From the human T2T-CHM13v2.0 reference genome, Homo sapiens: DNA of 64,000 nt. The notes below the pieces were generated by a model. That model made no database searches, was not told where the DNA came from, and was given only the letters and a program-made list of their open reading frames with translations. Made by a program: the position numbers and the translations under genes. The DNA is taken from the NCBI RefSeq assembly GCF_009914755.1, contig NC_060943.1; one strand, given 5' to 3'. Positions 47,107 through 64,000 of this stretch are shown piece by piece. The stretch's first letter is position 1; every line of letters begins with the position of its first letter.

Positions 47107-48759
47107 GTTTTCTTCATTTTAAAAAATGCTTTTTTAAATTTTTGTCTGACTGAGTTGATTCAAAGAACCAGTCTTTGAGCTCTGAGATCCTTTCCTCAGC
47201 TTGGTCTATTCTGTTGTGAATACTTCTGATTATATTATGAAGTTCTTGTAGTCAGTTTTTCACCTCTGTGAGATCTATTTGGTCCTTTCTTAAAATGGCT
47301 GTTTACTCTTTAAGCTCTTGAATCATTTTAGTAGATTCTTTAGATAACTTGGATTGAGTTTTGACTTTCTACTTAAATCTTGACTATCTTCATTGCCATG
47401 CAGCTTCTGAATTCTGTCTGTTATTTCAGCCATTTCGGTCTGGTTAAGAACCATTGCTGGGAAGCTAGTGCAGTCATTTGGCGGTGAGAAGACACTCTGG
47501 CTTTTAGAGTTGCCAGAGTTCTTGTGCTGGTTTTTTCTCATCTGTGTGGGCTGAAGTTGCTTTAATCTTTGAAGTTGCTGTCCTTTGGATGGGGCTTTTG
47601 GGTTTTACATTCTTTGATGCCCTTGAGGGTTTAACTATGGTATAAGTTGGGTTTAGTCAACTGGTTTCATTTCTGGATGATTTCATGGGGCCAAGGCTCA
47701 GCTCAGCACTTCTGGGCTGCATCGTCTAACCCTGGGGAGCTGGTACCAGGCCCATGGCTTTGTCCCCTGGATCTTCAGGGTTAAACACCTACTGCACTAG
47801 AGGGGCTAAGGTGTTCCCCATTTGCTAGCAACAACACTCCAACGTGGGGTGTTGACAAAAGTGCTTCATCTGGGTCACAGCAGTGGGATCTTCACTCACA
47901 CATGTGCTGGTGGTGGTGGAGCATTGATGTCTGTGTGCATGTGCATGCTGGCAAAGTGTTGAGGGGAGGCTGTGGGTGAGTGCTTGCTGGCAAAGTGGTG
48001 AGAGGAGGCTTTGGCTGGGTGCATCCTGGTGGGACCTGTCTGCAAAGGCTCTCTGATAGTTGGACAGGGTCTACTGGTGAAAGGGCTAAGGCAGTGGCCC
48101 CTGGGAAGCACCTTAGTTTGGCAACTGAGGCTTTGCTGCAAACAGATGTGGCGGGTAGGGAACTTGGGAGAGGCCAGCACACTGAGAGGCACTCGTATCA
48201 GACTGGCCCCATCTCCTAGGCAAGATAGTCCTATTCTGTCCAGGTCTGACAGTCAAGAAAGGCCAAAGCCACCTAGAGGAGCAAGGTGAGCCTTGGAGAA
48301 TGAGCATCCCTGTCCATGCTCCACTGCAGCTGTTTCCAAACCAGACTCTCTGGGCTCTACACAGGCTAGAGTCCTGTCCCTGCCAACTCTCCAAGCAGCT
48401 CTCTCTGCCAGCGCAAATGTCCATGGGGTCTGTGGGACCTTTTGCAGCTAGGATTCTGGAGGTCTCTGGCAAGAGTGGGCCACTCCATGCCTATTTAACT
48501 CCCCACTTCCCCAGGAGCTGTTCAGGGCCAGGAACAAGTCCTCATGCTCAGCAACCCTGTGCAGGGTTTCCAGCTTCCTCCCCTTGCAGCTGAGGGCCTG
48601 CCTCCCTCACTCCACTCTCAATGCCTTCCTTTCGAAGATCTGCTTGGTGTATGCTGGTCTTCTTGATGGTCAGTCCCTTGGTGGGAGAAGCTCTTCCTGG
48701 CTGCATCTAGTTGGCCATCTCAGCTCCTCTCCCCAATCAAAACCAATTTTTTTTTTTTT

Positions 48760-50490
<1,731 letters not shown>

Positions 50491-52444
50491 TTTTATACAG
50501 GACAGTAAACAAGTATTCTTTGCTCTAAAGGGAAACCTTACCTCTATCTTCCAAGGCAGTTCACTACACAAACATCCTTGAAAAGAGTGTGGAACAAAAG
50601 AACAGTCAATGCCTCACTGCCAGGCCAGCAAAAATGCAAGAGATCCATGGGGAATTGTCTCTGACACCAACAAACCAATATTTTTGCAAAGTAAATAAAC
50701 ACATGAGCAAGGTGATAATAGTGTGCCGGAAAACGCTGCCCTGCTGCAGTGGTGACTGTGATAGTCCCGGGTGTCTGGGAAGACACGCCAGGATCACAGA
50801 GTGGGGCCTGGTTTTAGAAGAATGCAAATCTGGTCATGAGTTTCACTGCTTAAAATTATTGAACGACTCCCCACCATGTCTAGGATGGAACCCAGGCTCC
50901 CAGCTCATCCCACAAGGCCCTTCACTACCTGGGCCTGCCTTTCCCTCTAGCACCTTCTCCACCTACACCCATGGTGGCCCTCTGTCATCCAGCTGAACAG
51001 CCACTCCTAGAAACACCCAAAACAGGCTTCAACAACATGACTCACCTACCAGCACCTGCTTGAAGCCCTCCTCACAGTAACTCTTAGTTCCCTTCAGGGT
51101 TTCTCCTTCTCCCCATCTTCCCACCCTGCTTCCAACTTCCCTCACTGATAGAGAATTAAGCACTCACTCTATGCATCCCACAGGACTCATGCTTACCTCT
51201 GTCACTGTCTTGCCATTGGTCAGTCTCCTGGGTATTTGCCCAACCCGAATTCACCCTAAATTATCAAAGATATGCATGCAAAGAACAAAACTTCTGTTTT
51301 TGAAAGTTACAAATAAAGTATCCTTCTCCTCCTTTTACCTCACCTCTCCCTTGCTCATTTGCTCTCCTCAGAGATCAGTGCTGTTAGCAGATTCTGGCTT
51401 CAGTACCTTTGAAGTTTCCAATAATACTCTCATAATTCTCTCTCATGACTTTAGGGACCCAGGTACACCATTACCAGTTGTGGAATTCTAAAAATTTACT
51501 TAACCTCTCTGAGCTACAGTTTCCTCTTTAAGCACAATGAAATAATGACTTACAAGCATCCAATAACATAAATGTGTGTATAAAGTTCATGTAAACTGGG
51601 ACCCCACACACACCCCTTATCATGCCAAGTGAATCCATCTTGGGAAGTATGTTGGATGGAAAATTTTCAGAATGTAGAAACTTGCATTCTATTATTTTAA
51701 GTGACAAAAATAATAATGTTCCTAGCCCAGTTAATACCACCAGGTAATTTCCTCAAACATTACAAAAATACTCTTAAAAAGCTTTCTAGCAGTCTATCCA
51801 GGGTTTCTACGTGAAATATAGCATTGAGAAGAGTTATTCTTTGTTAACATTTACTCACTGGTGAGTATGGGTATCTGAAGTAAGAAATACGTTGCGTAAT
51901 ATCTGAATCAAATTATCTATTCCTTCTGCAATGAAAAAACAATGCACTGTGATGTAATATAAATATACAAGTATGTTATCTATCTATGTTTAAATTATTA
52001 TATGAAAGAGACTATTTAAATTGGACTTTAGTAGGCAGCACGACTGGTGGCTGACAGATATTATTACTGGGACCCATGCTGGGTGAAACCCTCTGGAAAA
52101 TGGTAGGGAAGATGAGAGATACTGCTCTGTATGTACAGACAAGCCCAGAGAGCTGCTGACATTGGCTAATTGCACTCTGCATCCTTTTGCGTGTACTTCT
52201 GCCAATTTAAAAGCTTCCACTGGCTTCTACATGCACATTATAACAGCTTTTGATACAGATAATCTCATTTAGCTTATCACTGTCAAGCCTTCACAGCAAA
52301 TATTGTTATAGTGTAAGTTTATATAGTGAAGAATACCTGTACATTACAAAATGAGAGAAAATTTCATTTAACTCCTATAAATGCACTGGCTCTGTGAGGT
52401 TGCTGGGTGGAAATGCAGGGGTTGACTGTTACATGTTACTGCAA

Positions 52445-53065
52445 TTGATGTTTGAACAACACAGGCTTGAACTATGCAGGTCCATTTGTATTTTCTTCCA
52501 CCTCTGCCACCCCTGAGACAGCAAGACCAATGCTTCTTCTTCCTCATCACCCTCATCAGTGTGAAGACAAGGATGAAGACCTTTATGATGATCCACTTCC
52601 ACTGAACACATAGTAAATATATTTTCTCTTTCTCGTGATTCTTAATAACGTGTTCTTTTCTCTATTTTACTTTATTGTAAGAATGTAGTGTATAACACAT
52701 AGAATATACAAACTATGTATTAATTTACTGTTTATGTTATCAGTAAGGCTGCCCATCAACAGTAGGCTATTTGTAGTTACGTTTTTTGTTTTCTTCTTCT
52801 TCTTTTTTTTTTTTTTTGAGACAAGAGTCTCACTCTGTTACCTAGGATGGAGTGCAGTGGTGCAATCATGGCTCGCTCCAGCCTTGAATTCCTGGGCTCA
52901 AGCAATCCTCCTGCTTCAGCCTCCCAAAGTACTGGGACTATAGGTGTGAGCCACCAGGCCCAGCCAGTAGTTACATTTTCAGGGAATCAAAAATTACATG
53001 CAGATTTTCAACTGCCCAAGGGTGTCAGCACCCCAATCTACACATTGTTCAAGAGTCAACTGTAT
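52445..53065. mobile_element. Tigger4/Zombi-like element with Alu monomer insert (~52785-52966)
   Basis: ...TTGAACAAC / TTGTTCAAGAGTCAACTG-TA inverted ends. Confidence 0.7.
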
Positions 53066-53129
53066 TATCAGATGGTATCGTTGGTAATAACAATAGCTCA
53101 CATTTATAAACCCCTTCCCATTTGCCAGG

Positions 53130-54040
53130 CACTATAGATATTGTCTCTGCTCAAACCCCCTCCAAGGGCTTCCCTGTGGCTCAGAGAAAATCAAGATTGT
53201 GCACAGTGGCCTACTGAGCTATATAAACAGGCCCTTGGTCTACTGTGACCCATCACTTGCCACTTCACATTCCCTCACTCAGACCCAACACGTGGCCTCT
53301 GTTATTTGTTGAATGCCCCATGCAGGCAACCCCAACTGGGGCTACAGCCTTAGGGGATTCTTCCAGTAACCTGTGGGCCCACCTCTCACCTCTGTCAGGC
53401 CTCTGCTCAGAAAATAACTCATCACAGAGGCCTTCCCTGACCACCTTCACTTAGCATTGTTTACAGCAGCGGTTGGCATACTTTTTATGTAAAGAGTCAG
53501 GCTTTGCAAAACATAAGTCTCTTCTGCAACCACTCAGTTCTGCCATTGTAGTGAAGAAGCATGAAGACAATACATGAATGAATGAGTGAATATGGCTGTG
53601 TTCCAGTAAAACCTTATTTATGGATACTGAAATGCCAACTTCATATAATTCATATAATTTCATATATTTTAAATGTGTCATGAAATGTTACTCCTCTTTT
53701 GATCTTTTTGACCATTGATACAACACAATTATTCTTAGCTTCTGGCAGTCGACCCTCAAGTCATGACTTGCTGATACCTGTCCACGTAATTCTCTATCTC
53801 CTAAACTCCTTTGTTATTTTTTCCATGGCATACATCATTGGTTGATATCGTATCATATCGTATCATATCATACCATATCTCATATCATATCATATCAAAT
53901 ATACTTACTCGATGTTTATTTTCTGTGTCTTCTAAACAAAATTAAACCCCTTATTTTGCTCACTGCTATATTCTTTGCAGCTAGAACAGCACTTAGTATA
54001 AAATATGTATTCAAAATTATTTCTGAATAAATAAGTGAAT
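53130..54040 (+). mobile_element. L2 with MER58-like insert (~53460-53780) and (CATAT)n
   Basis: L2 3' end (TGAATAAATAAGTGAAT). Confidence 0.6.
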
Positions 54041-54059
54041 ACAAAGGTCAGTTTCCACA

Positions 54060-56220
54060 CCCTGATTTTATTTTATTTAAAAACATACAGTAAGTTGACT
54101 GTTTTCTATGCACAACTTAATGGATTTAAACACAGGTATAGATTCATGTAGTCACGATCAAAATCAGGTTACAGAACAGTTCCATCACCCCAAACCCAAC
54201 CCCAACCCCTGGCATTCACTCTTTCCTATAGTTTTGCCTTTCCTGAGTGTCACAGGAAAGGCTAAGTTGATTCTTACCTATGTAATTGTTGAGACCAACT
54301 TCTTGTATCTGACACGGTGCCTTTGAGATCTTGCCAAGTCATGGTGTATGTAAATAGTTCCTTGTCTTTTTATTGCTCAAAAGTTTCCATTGTGTGTGTG
54401 TACCACGGTGTGTCTCCCATTTCCCCTGTTGATAGATATTTGAGTTGTTTCCACTTTTTTGCTATTACAAGTAAAATACTATGAACGATTGTGCTTTTTT
54501 GGTGGGAACATAAGTTTCATTTCTCTGGGATAAATACACAGGAGTGTGAATGATGGGTTGTATGGTAAATGTATAATTTTATAAAAACAGCCAAAATGTT
54601 TTTCGGGGTTATATATATATACCATTTTCATTTCCATCAGTAAAATATGAGAAATTCAGTGTCTTTACTTGCTTGTTAGCACTTGGTATTGTCGATATTC
54701 TCTCTCTCTCTCTTTCATATATGTTTGTGTATAATTTCATAATATCTAAATACACATACTCCGGCACTTTTTCACTTACACCCCCAGTGGCCCTCCCTCG
54801 TCCAGTCCAACACAGTCAATCCTTGCAACACCCCAAACAGGTTTCCACACGTGACTTACCTACCAGTGAGTGACCCACTCACCAGATTAAAGCCCTCCTT
54901 CCAGTAACTCTTAGTTCCTTTCAGGGTTTCTTCTCTCCACCTTCCCATCTTGCTTCCAGCTTCCCTCACTGGTAGAGAATTAAGGACACACTCATATATG
55001 TGTGTGTGTGTGTGTGTGTGTGTATTTATTTATTTATTTATTTAATATATATATTTAAATTTTGCCAATTCTAGTAGATGGGAGATAGTATCTCACTGGT
55101 TTTAATTTGTAGTTCCAGTATGGCTAATGGTGTTGAACAACTTTTCATGTGCTTATTTGCTATCTGTATGTCCTCTTTTGTAAAGCATCTGTTCAGATAT
55201 TTTGCCGATGCTTAATGATTTTGTTTGTTGTTTCACTTTGAGTTTTGAGAGTTTTTCATATACTCTGGATTCAAGTCCTATGTTAGAGATGTGATTCACA
55301 GACACTTTCTGCAGTTGGTAGCCTGTCTGTTGCTTCACTTAACAATTTGTTCATCAAGTTTAACTTTAAAATTTTGATAAGTCCAATCTGTTTTTAAAAA
55401 ATGGATAATGCTTTTGATGTCTTTTCCCAGATATAAATGTTTTCTCTGATGCCTTCTCCTTGAAATACGTAGTTTTACTTTTCATATCTAGACCATTTGG
55501 AGTTAACTTTTGTATAGAGTGTGAGCTTTGGTAGAAGTCTTCTTTTTTTTTTTCATATGCATGCCCATTGTCTCACACCATTTGTTGAAATGACTATCTT
55601 TTCCCCCATTGAATTGCCTTTACATCTTTGCCAAAAGACAATTTACTATATTTGTTTGGGTTTATTTCTGGAACCTATTCTGTTCCTTTGATCTATGTGT
55701 CTATCCATGTCTATCCATTTGCCAATACTACACTGTTGTCATTACTGTAGCTTGAGTAATTGTGAAATTGGATAGTGTGAGTCCTCTACCATCTTTCCTC
55801 ATCCAAAATTGTGTTGGCCATTCTAGTTTCCATTGCTTTTCTATATAAATTCTAGAGTTATTTTGTTTCTCTCTCAGACAAATCCTGCTTGGGTTTGATT
55901 GGAATTGTGTTAAATCTGTAGATAATTTGGAAAGAATTGGCATCTTACCTAAATTACAGATTCCAAACCACGACATGATATACCACTCTGTATTTAAGGT
56001 TTCCTTGAATACTTTAATCGTACACATCCTTTATATGTTCTCCTAGATTTACAGTATACCAGTTCAGTTTTTGGGGAGGGGGGTATTGTAAATGGCATTT
56101 TTTTTCTTTAAATTATTGTATCCACTAGTTCTTGCCAGTATAAAGGAATACAATTGACTTTTGTGTGTTTCATACGCTACAACCTTTCTAAATTCACTTA
56201 TCAGGTCCAGAACTCTTCTA
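54060..56220 (-). mobile_element. L1MB/MC 3' region
   Basis: Degenerate L1 3'UTR/ORF2 end. Confidence 0.75.
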
Positions 56221-56629
56221 CTAACAATGCACTTTTATAAAGCCCTAACACCTCTCCTGATCTCTGTCTCACCCTCCCACCTATCTCACTGTGGGATGGG
56301 AAGGAAGTCAATGGAAAACACAGGAGCGCATTCTAATAATAGCCCACATGGTATCCAGTGACACAAATAATAGTGATGGTGACAATAAAATAACAGTAAG
56401 AAACACAGAAGGAGCGTTTCCTTGGACAAAGCACTCCAGAAACAACAACAAAAAAGGGCTGCCTTTCCATCTATTCTATGAATCCCAGATGTCTATTTTA
56501 TCACTGTCTGTTCCTTTTCTGTTCTCCCTGGCAGGGTTTTTACAGCCCCTGCTCTTTTTCTAGATTATGCTGCATCTTCACAGTTTCCCCTAAATGACTC
56601 TGAAGAATTATAGACAGTGCTGTCTACAA

Positions 56630-57201
56630 TTATAATAATGGATATGGTGGTCCATTTCCAAGACAAAGTACCTCAGATAGGCTGAGGCCCACAAACTATG
56701 AAAGGACAGAATATACTAGGCCCATAGCTGGTGCATGCTTGTCGGGGTCCCCTTAGTTACCCTCTCCCAAACCAGAGTTTAGTCTAGAATGAAAGTTTAC
56801 TAGCCAGCAAAATAGCTCACTTTATCTATTCTTATCAGCTTGCCTGACTGCCTAGGTCATAAGTCAAATACTTGAAAAGCCCTCGAGCTGGCTTTGATTG
56901 CAATGTATTATAGGCTGCAACAAAATGCAGTGAGACAATCCTAAAGAAAACACCTAAAAGCCTCAACCCAGCAACCAATAGGCGACGTCTGGGAAGATCG
57001 TGACCCCATCGTACTTAGCCTACGAGGAACCAGGGGAGAGACTTGTGCACTAGGGGATAAATAGCTTGTTGTAACCGTACTGGGTGTGCCTGCCTACCAG
57101 ACATTCAATCTTGCAAGACCATCATTAAAAGTCTTGCTTCCACTGTTTTCTGTGTCTCTGAGTCCATTCTTTGGGTTTGGACGGGTGCGTTTGTTTCTCA
57201 T
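56630..57201 (+). mobile_element. Solo LTR (family unresolved) about 400 bp upstream of the IGFL2 TATA box
   Basis: CCAAT, GATAAA box, ATTAAA signal, LTR-type 3' end TTTGTTTCTCA. Confidence 0.7.
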
Positions 57202-57609
57202 AGTGCAGGTCTGGAGCCGGACTGAGATGGGGAGTAGAGGGACCCCTTGAAACTTCAGGGTGGATGAATATGAAGTTTCATCACCAGCTGTGATGTTTGG
57301 TGAGTAGTATGCTCTCAGATAAGTGAGAGCCAAGGAATCTCTTTCAAGTCTCTTTGCCGTGGGCAGAGTTCAAAGAATGACACTCACTCACGGCTTTGAA
57401 AGGTTCTAGGGAAGCCTTTACTCTGAGATTTCGAGAGGTCTGAGAAGGTAGCAGTCACTTGGAACAGGTCCAGGAACATCTTACTAAGCTGTTGATGCAG
57501 TTTTTTCTTATGCTTTCTGTGGCTTCTCATGCCCCACCCTTTCCAAGAGGCCAGTGCTTCTGGGCACCTCCCTAAATGTGGATAAGTTCATAGCCTACAT
57601 AAGTCCCTG

Positions 57610-57615
57610 TATAAA
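57610..57615 (+). promoter_or_regulatory. TATA box of IGFL2
   Basis: TATAAA 57 nt upstream of ATG 57667. Confidence 0.7.
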
Positions 57616-57666
57616 GTCACTGACCCATTTGCACTGCTGCTGTCCCATCAGCTGCTCTGAAGCTCC

Positions 57667-57685
57667 ATGGTGCCCAGAATCTTCG
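57667..57685 (+). CDS. IGFL2: IGFL2 first coding exon (MVPRIF + phase 1); the remaining coding exons are not in this window
   Basis: CTCCATGGTGCCCAGAATCTTCG|GTAAGG; MVPRIF matches the recalled N-terminus of IGFL2 (MVPRIFAPAYVSV...). Confidence 0.88.
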
Positions 57686-58047
57686 GTAAGGTAACCCTTG
57701 CCCCAGGTTGAGCTAATGCCTACTGTTATCCCTAATGTACCTCTGAACCTCAAACTTAATTCTCTCTTCCCTATTTAATTCTTGGTTTCCCACCTCATAA
57801 TCACCCGTGTCCTCTCTGACTGCATTGCAATCTCTCTTCCCCACCTGCAAATTCCAGAAGCTTAACCCTTTCCAGAGCCCTCCCTGCATTTCCTCACCTG
57901 CCAAGCCCAATGCCCAGAACCTGCACACAGAGTCAGTCCCAAAATCTGCTCTGAGCTGTTACAGCAACCAAAGAAACTCAGAGACATCATCTTGTGCCCC
58001 ATGATCATGATCTGGTGACCCCAGAATCACTGTCATTCTTCTCTCAG

Positions 58048-58425
58048 CTGATCTTTATTTTTGAACTCCTGGGCTCAGACTCAGAAGGGACCATAGGTGA
58101 GAATGGGTGTGGTGAGTGGAGGGAGAAGAAAGGAGGGAGGATTATAGCACTGTGGATAGGGTTGGGGGCTCCCAGAGGTCCCCTGCCAGCTCATCAGCTC
58201 TGACTCTTCCAGATATTGGACTGTGGTTGTGCCAGTTGACACTCAGGAGTGGAGACTAGATCTGCAATCTGTTGGGACTGTGATGAGGGGATCATCCTGC
58301 CCTCGAACCAGACCCAGCCCTGTAGCCCAGGCACTATTGCCTGGAGTTCCTGGGCTCTCAGCGCCAGGAAATCATGAGGTTCAGTGTCTCAGGCATGAGG
58401 ACCGACTACCCCAGGAGTGTGCTGG
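58048..58425 (+). pseudogene. Decayed IGFL4-like exons 2 (58048-58096) and 3 (58213-58425) inside IGFL2 intron 1
   Basis: Exon 2 reads [15 protein letters not shown] (49 nt, frameshifting). Exon 3 reads DIGLWLCQLTLRSGD*ICNLLG / CDEGIILPSNQTQPC / HYCLEFLGSQRQEIMRFSVSGM with a stop and two frameshifts. Homologous to IGFL3 exon 3 in this window. Confidence 0.85.
58374..58425 (+). CDS. IGFL2: IGFL2 alternative-isoform N-terminus MRFSVSGMRTDYPRSVL within alternative exon 58213-58425
   Basis: Matches the recalled longer IGFL2 isoform N-terminus; acceptor CTCTTCCAG|58213, donor 58425|GTAAGT, phase 1. Confidence 0.75.
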
Positions 58426-58519
58426 GTAAGTAAGGGCAGCCCAGGCAGTGGACTGAGTTTTGTTGTGTGTATTCCATCAAGATGAGCAATGCCTGCTGTG
58501 TTCACTAACTTCTTTTTGG

Positions 58520-58800
58520 GCAACCATCTCTCTCTCTTCTCTCTCTCTCTCTTCTCTCTTTCTCTCTCCCTCTCTTTCTCTCTCCCTCTCTTTTCTCTCT
58601 CTCCCTTTTCTCTCTCTCTCTCTTTCTCTTTCCCACTCACCCCTCACCCTTTCCACCTCTCCCCCTCTTCCCCTCTCCCCCTCCCCCTCCCCTCCCCATC
58701 TCCCTGTGTCCCTCTGTCTCACATCCCCCTCTCTTCTCTTCCCCTCTCCCCTCCCTGTCTTTTCCCTCCTCTCCTTCCTTCTCTTCCTTCCTCTCTCAAG
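58520..58800. repeat. CT-rich polypyrimidine tract
   Basis: Seen directly; source of the spurious ERERE/LSLS ORFs. Confidence 0.92.
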
Positions 58801-58879
58801 TTGAAGGAAGAGTAGCTCAGTCATCTTCCAGAATTGCTTTTTACCTCCGAGTCACCTGGCTCCATAGCCCCCGACCACC

Positions 58880-63555
<4,676 letters not shown>

Positions 63556-63776
63556 TTTTTTCCTGATGTTTCTGTTAAGCTTCTGGCCCGTCTGCCTCTG
63601 TTGGTATCACTTGCATCTGTTAGACTCCTCTAATTGTTAATTGATTGCTCTTTTCTTTTTAATAGGCCTGTGGGCTGCTTAATGTCTAACCCTTTTGCCA
63701 AGACAAAGTGTTGCCAGGGTTTGAGGCTGTCTCTGACCCCAGGAGGAGGGCCCTTCTTAGTTATCTCTTTTTCTGA

Positions 63777-64000
<224 letters not shown>

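Larger units (their letters stand above)
45290..48735 (-). mobile_element. L1 5'UTR + ORF1 fragment, split by the TGIF1 retrocopy
   Basis: ORF1 N-terminus MRKNQHKNSGNSKSQ (47323-47541); 5' terminus at ~48730. Confidence 0.85.

Overview
Primate (almost certainly human) genomic DNA from the IGF-like family (IGFL) cluster, which I recall as chr19q13.32. Genes: complete 4-exon IGFL3 (minus strand, CDS 34056->29737) and the 5' end of IGFL2 (plus strand, TATA 57610, ATG 57667), plus a TGIF1 processed pseudogene (minus, ~45.7-47.1 kb). Most of the rest is interspersed repeat: L1s of several ages, about 20 Alus, a HERV-H provirus (11605-19381) nested in a solo LTR inside an L1, other solo LTRs and DNA-transposon fossils. 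Nearly all ORFs in the supplied track are repeat-derived or spurious. Main observations not explained by the ORF track: (1) a decayed MHC class I-like (MIC/MILL-type) alpha2-domain exon at 25223-25670 (minus), split by a short L1; (2) the IGFL2 promoter/first exon is the front half of a dead IGFL4-like paralog whose exons 2 and 3 are still readable; (3) the IGFL3 last exon, stop codon and poly(A) signal lie in an ERV LTR; (4) a 48-bp mitochondrial COX1 fragment inside the TGIF1 pseudogene; (5) an LTR10-type element with a p53/p63-type site between the divergent IGFL3 and IGFL2 promoters. Repeat family names and reference protein sequences are from memory, not from a search, and repeat boundaries are approximate.
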